This document shows, in pieces, positions 28,965 to 37,367 of a DNA stretch of 64,000 bases. The position numbers were made by a program, and so were the translations under genes. The stretch spans positions 24,799 through 88,798 of the forward strand of contig JBHLRQ010000002.1 of NCBI GenBank assembly GCA_048882385.1. The letters are read 5' to 3'. Numbering within the stretch: the first letter of the stretch is position 1; every line of letters begins with the position of its first letter. The notes below the pieces were generated by a model that was not told where the DNA came from, did not search any database, and saw only the letters and a program-made list of their open reading frames with translations. Source of the stretch: Candidatus Thorarchaeota archaeon. Its GTDB lineage: Archaea; Asgardarchaeota; Thorarchaeia; Thorarchaeales; Thorarchaeaceae.

Positions 28965-31222
28965 TGGGTATGCGTGGACACGGTGGTCCTATGGCACTTG
29001 CTAGCCAGAAACCAAAACGGAGTAGACCAATCAGAATACTACTACGTAAGATGGTCTATTACCTTGGCAGATTCAAACGAATAGTAGCAATTGGTGCAAT
29101 TCTATCTCTTGTTTCCACAATTGTATCAGTCTTTGATCCATTGATTCTTTCTTGGGCAATCGACTCAGCTCTCGTCGTTAATCCTGTTATTGATACCATA
29201 TTCCTACTGACTGGTTTCTATGTATTCCTCAGAGTGATATCTTGGATATTGAGTAGTGTCAATATATGGATCCTCGCAGGTGCCCAAGCAGGGTTTGTCC
29301 AGAATATTCAAGAAGATCTCTATTCAAATCTCCTCAGAGCTGACCTCTCATACCATAAGAGTGAACAGAGTGGCAACGTTACATCGCGAGTAACGTCTGA
29401 CACAGTGGAGCTCGGAACTGGAATTCAAGTACTGATTGACTTCTCCAGCCAGGCACTGATGCTCGTTTCATCGTTCCTCATGCTTTGGTGGGTCAATCCA
29501 TACATTGCATTGACAACACTTGTAGTTCTTCCAGGTGTACTCTTCATAACAGTCCTCTTTGGATCTGTTGGTCAGAGGATTATGCTTGCGTCACGACGCG
29601 CCTCTGGAGCAGTGTCTGGTCAGATAGCTGAGAATCTCAGTGGTATCCATGTGGCAAAAGCCTTCAATCGAGAGAAAGAGCTTGCAGAAGAAATGATGGA
29701 GCTGAATCAGAATTCTTACCGTTATGGTTTCAGATTCATGATTTTGATGAGTGCAATGCAACCACTGGTTCGAACAATTGGCCAGCTAGCGATTGCTACA
29801 ATGCTGTTTGTTGCAGGAAGTCTCGCAGTTGGTGTTTTACCCCTGCTCACCATTGGTGAATTGTTTCTTGGAATCACTCTGATTAACAGGTTTCTCTGGC
29901 CGCTGTTAGGACTTAGTATGATGTTCACTCAGGTTCAGACTTCAATGGCTGCAATGGACAGGGTAATGGATGTAATCGAATCCAAACCAGCAATAACGGA
30001 TTCCCCTGATGCAGTTCCACTTGCTGATGAGAGTGATGGCATCTATTTTCAGGATGTGACATTCGAATACGTGGAAGAAACACCTGTTTTGAACAATGTT
30101 TCATTCGAAATTCATCCAGGTGAGATGGTAGCAATTGTTGGTCACACAGGTGCTGGAAAGACAACCATTGCTGCTCTTGTCAATAGGTTCTATGATCCCA
30201 CTAGGGGTGGCATTTTCATTGGAAGTCAGAACCTACGTATGGTGACCCAAGAGTCATTGCACAGTTCAATGTCACTGATTCCACAGGAACCATATCTCTT
30301 TGATGATAGCATCTTTGAGAATATCCGTTATGGTCGCCCAGACGCATCTGATGAAGAGATCTATGAAATCTGTAGGATAATTGGTGCTAACGAATTCATA
30401 GAGGTTCTTGCTGATGGATATGAGACCTGCATTATCGAGGGTGGAAAAAACCTGAGTGCAGGTCAACGTCAGATGATTACTATAGCACGAACAATGCTAG
30501 CTGATCCCAAGATACTCATCCTAGATGAAGCGACAAGTCGACTAGATGCATATAGTGAATCGTTAGTGCAAGATGCACAGGAACGACTCTTTGCAAACAG
30601 AACGACTATTGTAATAGCTCATCGTCTCACAACTATTGCTAATGCTTCACGTGTGTTTGTGTTTGATCATGGTGACCTAGTTGAGCAAGGTACCCATGAA
30701 GAACTTCTTGCACTCAATGGAGTCTTCAAGTCACTATATGACACATATTATGCTCATCAAGGAATTGATGAGATAACTGAGGAAGTAGCAGAGGTCGCCA
30801 AGTCTGAGGTGGAAAAATATGGTGAGGAGGAAACTCCGGTTCCGGCTGGTCCTGGAATGATGATGATGGGAATGGGTGGTGGTATGCCTGGAATGGCTCA
30901 TGGTGCTATGGGTGACATGAAACCTTCTCCAGAGATGATTGAGAAGATTAAGGAAAGGTTCAAGTCTGATCCTGATTCAATTCCTGCATCTATGCGTGAG
31001 ATGCTAAAGCAAATGTTTGAGGTTGATGATATGACAGATAAGAAAAACGATGAATATGGTCGAAGCAAGACACAACAACAGGGTCCTCTCGGGTCTGGTA
31101 GACCAACACCACAGATGATGAGAGAGCTAAAAGAAAAATACAAGAAAGACCCGTCTTCAGTTCCAGCACACATGCATGAGATATTTGAGAGGATGATCCA
31201 GGAAGAAGATAAAGGAGAGTAG
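28964..31222 (+). CDS. Heterodimeric ABC exporter subunit 2 (TMD+NBD, consensus site) with Met/Gly-rich C-terminal extension
   Basis: GHTGAGKTT, LSAGQRQ, ILDEATS, IAHRL; ~150-aa extra tail. Confidence 0.93.
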   Translation: MGMRGHGGPMALASQKPKRSRPIRILLRKMVYYLGRFKRIVAIGAILSLVSTIVSVFDPLILSWAIDSALVVNPVIDTIFLLTGFYVFLRVISWILSSVNIWILAGAQAGFVQNIQEDLYSNLLRADLSYHKSEQSGNVTSRVTSDTVELGTGIQVLIDFSSQALMLVSSFLMLWWVNPYIALTTLVVLPGVLFITVLFGSVGQRIMLASRRASGAVSGQIAENLSGIHVAKAFNREKELAEEMMELNQNSYRYGFRFMILMSAMQPLVRTIGQLAIATMLFVAGSLAVGVLPLLTIGELFLGITLINRFLWPLLGLSMMFTQVQTSMAAMDRVMDVIESKPAITDSPDAVPLADESDGIYFQDVTFEYVEETPVLNNVSFEIHPGEMVAIVGHTGAGKTTIAALVNRFYDPTRGGIFIGSQNLRMVTQESLHSSMSLIPQEPYLFDDSIFENIRYGRPDASDEEIYEICRIIGANEFIEVLADGYETCIIEGGKNLSAGQRQMITIARTMLADPKILILDEATSRLDAYSESLVQDAQERLFANRTTIVIAHRLTTIANASRVFVFDHGDLVEQGTHEELLALNGVFKSLYDTYYAHQGIDEITEEVAEVAKSEVEKYGEEETPVPAGPGMMMMGMGGGMPGMAHGAMGDMKPSPEMIEKIKERFKSDPDSIPASMREMLKQMFEVDDMTDKKNDEYGRSKTQQQGPLGSGRPTPQMMRELKEKYKKDPSSVPAHMHEIFERMIQEEDKGE

Positions 31223-31227
31223 ATGAC

Positions 31228-32022
31228 CTATTCGAAATCTTCGTTCACTGTGTAGATTTCGTCCAGTTTGCTAGCTGCAAGAACCGAGGCTCCTACCAAA
31301 ATATAGGACTCTATTGCAGTAACATAGTCAAACGGAGATCCTGGACAGTAGTTTACGAAGCTCCAGAATAGAATTCTGATGAAAAACAATAGGACTCCTA
31401 GAAACAAAAAGATGAGTGGTCTTACCATCAGTCCATTTCGCAGAGTCCACATGAGGCTCCCAAGTGCAATGAGAATCACACCGAGTCCCACAACCAAAGG
31501 GATTGAAATGGCTGTGTAGAGAATCTGAAGTGGATTCAGCACGGCTACAACAACCAGACTGGCTAGTCCTGCTATAGAAGCCAAAGTAACAACGAATTGA
31601 AGTATTGAGTCTGTATTTGAAATGCCTAATGCAGAGTTTGACGAGCGCAGATATCCTAAAACTCCTAGTCCCCACAAGAGCAGCGCTGGCATCTGCACAA
31701 GACCCACTGCGAAACAAATTTCGCTGCTGTTTCCTGTATAGTGGATGATCCCGCTTGCGATCTCTGATAGACTGAATACAACAAGCCCCAATGCCATCCA
31801 AACATTCAATGAATGAAACCTGTCATCCTTGACGAGAGATTCATGACCAAAAGCATTCAGACCTAGAACTCCAAGCACAAGTGCAACTGTTGGAGATAGT
31901 AGTGTAACTATTATTAGAAGACTGGAAATGCTCCCTGCCCAATAGAGAATCAATGAAACAACTAGAATGGCAAGACCTGAGAAGATAATCAACCCTGTGT
32001 TCAGCCATCCTACTAACGACAC
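31228..32022 (-). CDS. Multi-pass membrane protein (about 8 TM), unknown function
   Basis: Hydrophobic helices throughout. GTG at 32022 after AGGAG is a likelier start than the track's 32118. Confidence 0.7.
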   Translation of the reverse strand: MSLVGWLNTGLIIFSGLAILVVSLILYWAGSISSLLIIVTLLSPTVALVLGVLGLNAFGHESLVKDDRFHSLNVWMALGLVVFSLSEIASGIIHYTGNSSEICFAVGLVQMPALLLWGLGVLGYLRSSNSALGISNTDSILQFVVTLASIAGLASLVVVAVLNPLQILYTAISIPLVVGLGVILIALGSLMWTLRNGLMVRPLIFLFLGVLLFFIRILFWSFVNYCPGSPFDYVTAIESYILVGASVLAASKLDEIYTVNEDFE

Positions 32023-32096
32023 TTGATTCCTGCTCCTCGTGAACACTGTCAGATTGATTGAGAATTCCGTTTTGTATATTTTGCTGATATTGGTCT

Positions 32097-33287
32097 TCAA
32101 ACGGAGAGTGTTTCCCATTCAATCTCATATACGGTACTTGGATACTGTTGCTCGATTTCCCCCTTAGTATTAGTTACTATTCTGTTAATCGGGTTTGCTC
32201 CTGTGAGATCCTTTACTCTCCGAGTGATGAACTGTGTTAGGACTCGAAATCCGTCATTTAGGACAAAGGGTGCAATTGATCCTTTGATTGTTGCAGCAGT
32301 AAGTGAGCTTCTCATCTCGATGTCAACACCCATTTCGAGCGTGATATATGCCAACCATGGGTAATTACCAACCAACTCTTTCCTAGATACGAAAAAGATC
32401 TTACGTGTTGCATTAAGTCCCACAATCATCGCGCAGTTTCTAAGTAATGATTGAAGGGCGGCTATGTATCTAACAGCTACAGCATGCGCTGGAGTAACAA
32501 GTTCAATCATTCTTCTTCTCTCAAGAAGTGCAACATCATCCAAGAATCTCCTCAAGTCTGATGTACGAAGTCTTTCTGCAGCAATTGAAAGTGGCGTTTC
32601 GCCATCGATCTCCGTTAGTGCTCGCACAGAATCTGGTGATAGTGTTTCATCTGGATAGGTTGTTTGAGCGAGGGTTGCTTGATAGATGTCATCAGGTTTG
32701 ACGGGATTGTAAATAGTGATTGCATTCTCCCAAAGTGCTTCTGCGGCAATATTCATTGCGACTTCTAAAGGAACTTCTAAGAAACTAGCTGCATCCTTTA
32801 CAGAGCATATTTCTGGAATAAGCCTCAGGAATGACTGGACATCAGGTCTCTTCGTGTAGTATTCCCACTCTGGCCTGACTGTCATCATTGTTTCAGGTTT
32901 TATTTTGTCTCTGATGAACTCATCAATCATACTTGCTTCAAAACGAGTATGTACTGCTAAATCTAGGTCGACCCATCTAAGTATACCGAACTGCTCCTCA
33001 AACAGTTTAATGATACGTTTCAGCTTGTCTCTGATGTACGCACTGTCCTCCTTTAGGGAAATTGCACCAAGCGTCCATTCCCCAAACTCGACAACTATCC
33101 TGTAATTAGCTCCTTCAAAGGCTCTAGCTTGAGATTTTACCGACCTTGTAGCCTCGTCAAAAAAAGATGTCATTGCCACTAAGAAGGAGGATAAGAGTTG
33201 AGGATCAAATGCAGACTCGGTGAAGTCCTTGTGATATATGCAGACACCTGTATCTCTGCGGATTATATACAGGCTGTTAATCTCCAT
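32097..33287 (-). CDS. Longin-domain protein with tandem winged-helix-like C-terminal domains (NPRL2-like architecture)
   Basis: Longin pattern SLYII..TGVCIYHKDF...DPQLLSSFLVAMTSFFDE; two wHTH-like segments (LIPEICSVKDAA..., EIDGETPLSIAA...). Confidence 0.72.
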   Translation of the reverse strand: MEINSLYIIRRDTGVCIYHKDFTESAFDPQLLSSFLVAMTSFFDEATRSVKSQARAFEGANYRIVVEFGEWTLGAISLKEDSAYIRDKLKRIIKLFEEQFGILRWVDLDLAVHTRFEASMIDEFIRDKIKPETMMTVRPEWEYYTKRPDVQSFLRLIPEICSVKDAASFLEVPLEVAMNIAAEALWENAITIYNPVKPDDIYQATLAQTTYPDETLSPDSVRALTEIDGETPLSIAAERLRTSDLRRFLDDVALLERRRMIELVTPAHAVAVRYIAALQSLLRNCAMIVGLNATRKIFFVSRKELVGNYPWLAYITLEMGVDIEMRSSLTAATIKGSIAPFVLNDGFRVLTQFITRRVKDLTGANPINRIVTNTKGEIEQQYPSTVYEIEWETLSV

Positions 33288-33481
33288 GGGTTGAACCTCG
33301 AGTCTAGTATGGCGAACTGTAGATCTGCATCCTCCCGCGTTTCAGACAAAGATCTTGGCGCGTCTATGAGGATTAGACTCACAGATGCTTTTGAGCCTTC
33401 TAGTGATGTATACCAAAATGTGTGATTTTGTCCTACGGTCACCCTTATAGGAATAGAATGGGCTCTCAAGGTTTGATAGCT

Positions 33482-34090
33482 ATGTCAGAGAAAGAAGGGT
33501 CCGGAATCATCTGTCCCTCTTGTGAAAAGGGTGCATTAAATGTACGCTCTACACTCTATAGCATTCCCTTCTTCAATGAGCTTGCTATGTTCTCGATGAA
33601 CTGTCCTCATTGCAACTTCAGCCATTCCGATGTCTTTTCTGCCGAAGAGAGAAAGCCAGCAAGGTTTACTCTTTATGTCAGTGATTCGTCACTTCTCCGT
33701 GCGAGAGTTGTAAGGTCAGGTTCAGGAACATTTCGACTTCCTGAGTTTGGAATCGATGTGGAACCCGGACCTGCAGCAGAATCCTTCATCACTAATGTGG
33801 AGGGTGTATTGTTACGCGTCAAGTCTGTCGTGGAAACTGCAATTGGATTTGCAGATGCTCCTGAGGAGAAAGCACGTGGGATTGAGATCCTTTCAAAAAT
33901 AGACAGAGCTCTTGCTGGTGATATTTCATTCTCATTGATCATGGAGGACCCCGTTGGAGTCAGCGGCATTATCCTCGATGATATGTCAAAGGTAAAGTAT
34001 GAGGAGCTCAGTGCTGAAGAAGCTTCAAAATTAAAAGGTGCCCCCTTTTGGATTGATTCAATCCGTGAAGACTACTCAACTCAGGAATAG
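33482..34090 (+). CDS. Archaeal ZPR1 zinc-finger protein
   Basis: CPSC...YSIPFF...CPHC, RVVRS, IDVEPGP, ITNVEGVL, EDPVG. Confidence 0.92.
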   Translation: MSEKEGSGIICPSCEKGALNVRSTLYSIPFFNELAMFSMNCPHCNFSHSDVFSAEERKPARFTLYVSDSSLLRARVVRSGSGTFRLPEFGIDVEPGPAAESFITNVEGVLLRVKSVVETAIGFADAPEEKARGIEILSKIDRALAGDISFSLIMEDPVGVSGIILDDMSKVKYEELSAEEASKLKGAPFWIDSIREDYSTQE

Positions 34091-34904
34091 CTTAAGTGAC
34101 TTTCTTGCTGTGAAGATTAGATATCCAACATTTTCATACTCTCCCTCAGCCCTGAGAGAAATTGTCTTTCTCGTTCCTAAAAGTTTGCTGACTTGTCGAC
34201 GGACATGGCCATTGATGAGCATATGATAGACAAGTCTAAGAGTCGCTCCAGCCGCGCTTGACCTGTTTCTAGGCATTTCAAAGACATTTCTGTAGTTCTC
34301 ATTTACTTGAATGTCATCCAATCCCCTCTGATCGAACAGTGACCTCCATTCAGTGATACTCATTATTTCATTTTCAGCGCCTAGAATATCCATGAAGATC
34401 TGATTGAATTTGTCACGAACGTCCGAGGGAGCAGTTTCTTTTACAAAGAGGTCTAGTGTGCCAATTACTCCACCTGGCTTCACTACTCTCAGAAATTCTT
34501 GCAAGACTTGATATTTGTCAGGGATTAAAGCTGTAACAGCCACAGTGAAGACAGCATCAAAGGTGTTGTTCTGAAAGGGAAGGTCTAATGCATTTGCGAC
34601 CTCGAATCTTGCTTTAGTCAGGTTTTGGTCAATCGCACGCTCTCTGGCTTTTTCCACGAGGATTTCTGAGAGATCTATACCAATCAATTCACAATCGTAT
34701 TTCTTTACAGTCATGCAACTAGTAAATCCCGATTCGCAACCAATTTCAAGAACTTGGCTATCTTGAGTGATTTGCAGTTGATCTAGTAGTTTGCTTGTTC
34801 CCTCGATTCCACCTATGAATGGCGAATTGAACGCACCAATATAACCTAAAAAGTCATAGATTCCGAGTTCTGTAATTTTCTTTTCGACTGAGTTTCCGTG
34901 TCAA
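34076..34904 (-). pseudogene. Class I SAM-dependent methyltransferase, apparently frameshifted near the 5' end
   Basis: The frame of 34076..34714 stays open upstream through VLEIGCESG and ITELGIYDFLGYIGA without an ATG/GTG/TTG. TTG at 34904 joins it if one A of AAAAGAAAA is removed. LPFQNNTFDAV and VVKPGG motifs are present. Confidence 0.6.
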
Positions 34905-35036
34905 TCTTGAACCTTCTTCTAAGACTATGTAGCAAATTGAATCAATAATATACTTGCTTTCTAAGTAGAATTCTTTTCGAAGGGGTAAATAGCGTAAGGG
35001 TTAAAACACTCAACCGGAAACCCACTCGGTAGACGT

Positions 35037-35113
35037 GGGCCGATAGATCAGCCTGGCAGATCGTCTGGTTTGCATCCAGAAGGTCGCGAGTTCAAATCTC
35101 GCTCGGTCCACCA
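35037..35113 (+). tRNA. tRNA-Ala (anticodon UGC), intron-less, CCA encoded
   Basis: Acceptor GGGCCGA/TCGGTCC with G3:U70; D arm GATC/GATC; anticodon arm TCTGG-TTTGCAT-CCAGA; T arm GCGAG-TTCAAAT-CTCGC; ACCA end; TTAAAA box at 35001. Confidence 0.97.
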
Positions 35114-35132
35114 ATTCCTTCTTTCACCAGGA

Positions 35133-35597
35133 TCATCGTCTGGAAAAGCCATCCAGTATCTCTTTGCCTTCTCTCTCAACACATTCCCTATGCGTAGCTC
35201 CTGTACTTTTGATGATTCTATATCCTACGTGCGCTGTTTCTGCTGACTCTTGATTTATAGACACAACGAGACCGCAGGAGGTCAAGAACAAACCAGGTTC
35301 AGAACCTCTACTCCATTGTTTGGCAGAGTGTATTGGCTCGCCATCCTTTGTGAGAAATGGTGTCGTAACTGCATATGTCCTGAGAATAAACAATCCAGAA
35401 TAGGCTACAACAATGCCGATTAGAAAGATTCCAGTATTCACTGCATATCCAATTGGTTCCATATACATTTGTGGTGGGTTGTAAGGATGGTTGGCATCTG
35501 CAAACACCATCATAACAATGACCACCGGTATTATTGCCCATATTGCCCCGATGATTGCTACTGTCTGGCCAATTAATCGATAGAGCCTGTTTGTCAA
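35133..35597 (-). CDS. Two-TM membrane protein, unknown function
   Basis: Two hydrophobic helices. TTG at 35597 after GGGAG is a likelier start than the track's 35708, which overlaps the upstream gene. Confidence 0.6.
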   Translation of the reverse strand: MTNRLYRLIGQTVAIIGAIWAIIPVVIVMMVFADANHPYNPPQMYMEPIGYAVNTGIFLIGIVVAYSGLFILRTYAVTTPFLTKDGEPIHSAKQWSRGSEPGLFLTSCGLVVSINQESAETAHVGYRIIKSTGATHRECVEREGKEILDGFSRR

Positions 35598-35634
35598 CTG
35601 AATACTCCCTGGGATTATTATCTCGCTTACACAA

Positions 35635-36732
35635 TTAGGATTTTGGATTCTGTTGTCTATGACAAGGTACAATACACAAACCAGTTCCAGTAGGGGCTTG
35701 ATACGCACCGGTCAGTTCATGCAAACCACAAAATGGATCATCTCGCAGAGACCCTGGTGCCAATTCGTGCGGATGGTTAAAGTTCGAGCCAGATAGAACA
35801 ATGTGCACTGCTGCAGAAACTCCAATCTGTGTTTCCCATGGACTGATCATCACACACTCAATCCCATATTCTTCAGCCAGCACAGCAATTCGTTTCGTCT
35901 GAAAGATACCTCCATGTTTGATTAGCTTCAATCCGAAGAGATTGACCGCATCATATTCTATCAGTTTCTTTGCATCCTCGTAAGTGTACACTGACTCGTC
36001 AGCCATCAATGGCACACTTGTCTTTCTCTGTAATTGTGCGAATCCTTGAAGATTCTCAATAGGTAATGGTTGTTCCAGATATTCGAGGTTTATCTCTTCT
36101 GCCACTCTGAGGAACTGGAGGGCTTCTGGCACCGTGTATCCTGTGTTTGCATCAGCTCGAATCTTTGCAGATTTTCCAACGGCTTCGCGGACCAGCCTCA
36201 AGGTTTCTACATCCTTTTCAACGTTCAATCCAACTTTGATTTTGACAGCACGCATTCCTGATTGAAGCTGTTGAACTGCCGCTTCAGCTATAGTTTCTGA
36301 TGCTCCGATTCCCAGCACTGACGCTATCTCCACACACTCTTGTGCTTGGCCACCGAGAAGTTCGAAGACAGGAACGCCTCGTATCTTTCCCATCAGGTCA
36401 TAGAGAGCTAGATCCACACCGGTCCTTGCGGTACCACCTACTGTTGGAAATTTATCAGTCAGGTTCTGATAGACATTCATGTCAAATGGGTTCTTTCCAA
36501 TCAGATTGGGTGCAAGTTGATGATCAATCTCTCTCCGAATCTTGTCTGGGTCATCATCAAATGTAAAGGGTAATGGACAGGCTTCACCAACTCCTACCAC
36601 TCCGTTATCTGACTCTATACTTACGATTACATGATGTCTAGTAGTTGGTTCCTTGCCGTACGTAGTTATGAAATCGTTTCCTGCAAGCTTGGTTTGAATC
36701 TGCTTCGTCTTGACCGACACTATCTTAGACAT
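35635..36732 (-). CDS. Enolase-superfamily enzyme (muconate cycloisomerase / dipeptide epimerase subgroup)
   Basis: GVGEACP, DLALYDL.GK, KIKVG, RADAN, YLEQP, MADES, KLIKHGG. ATG 36732 follows AGGTGA. Confidence 0.9.
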   Translation of the reverse strand: MSKIVSVKTKQIQTKLAGNDFITTYGKEPTTRHHVIVSIESDNGVVGVGEACPLPFTFDDDPDKIRREIDHQLAPNLIGKNPFDMNVYQNLTDKFPTVGGTARTGVDLALYDLMGKIRGVPVFELLGGQAQECVEIASVLGIGASETIAEAAVQQLQSGMRAVKIKVGLNVEKDVETLRLVREAVGKSAKIRADANTGYTVPEALQFLRVAEEINLEYLEQPLPIENLQGFAQLQRKTSVPLMADESVYTYEDAKKLIEYDAVNLFGLKLIKHGGIFQTKRIAVLAEEYGIECVMISPWETQIGVSAAVHIVLSGSNFNHPHELAPGSLRDDPFCGLHELTGAYQAPTGTGLCIVPCHRQQNPKS

Positions 36733-36829
36733 CAATTTCACCTGATTATGTTGCTTGATGGCATCCTTCAAAATGATAAGTATTTGTTAAATGCATCCAA
36801 CATATTTGCTTCTAGAGTGTGTGATGTGA

Positions 36830-37219
36830 TTGGATGATTTTCAGCATATTTCAACTGCACTGAAATTCAATGAGCGGATTAATGCGAGAGACCTGACCGG
36901 TCTGGGAGAGATGATGACTGAAGACCATGTCTTCATTGACATACCTGGAGAAGTTCACAGCAGTCGACCGATGATGGTGTCTGGCTGGTTTGATTTTTTT
37001 AGGTTCTATCCTGACTACAGAAACAACTTCACTCATATCGAGGTGAAGGAGGGACTTGTCATTATGGTAGGATTCTCTGAATGTTCACATGATTCTCTTG
37101 ATGGTCCCGCAATCTGGACTGCAAAGATTCGAGATGGTCTCATCTCTGAATGGCGTGTCTATGAAGACAATGAGGATACACGCAAAGAATTGGGAATCAC
37201 TTATCCAATTGGAATCTGA
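36830..37219 (+). CDS. SnoaL/NTF2-like protein
   Basis: FNERINARDLTGL..MTEDHVF, FYPDY, RDGLISEWRVYED. Confidence 0.85.
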   Translation: MDDFQHISTALKFNERINARDLTGLGEMMTEDHVFIDIPGEVHSSRPMMVSGWFDFFRFYPDYRNNFTHIEVKEGLVIMVGFSECSHDSLDGPAIWTAKIRDGLISEWRVYEDNEDTRKELGITYPIGI

Positions 37220-37367
37220 ACTCTCTATTTGCTCAAACAATGTCGTAAAGTAACCCTTAAAGGGGGCCATCCTCGCGGAAATCGAAACAACAAGGGACAA
37301 TGTGCGAGAGCTTTCGCCGGCCGACCTTGTGAATAGGTACGGATGCCCTTGAAGTGGTGAAAAGATA

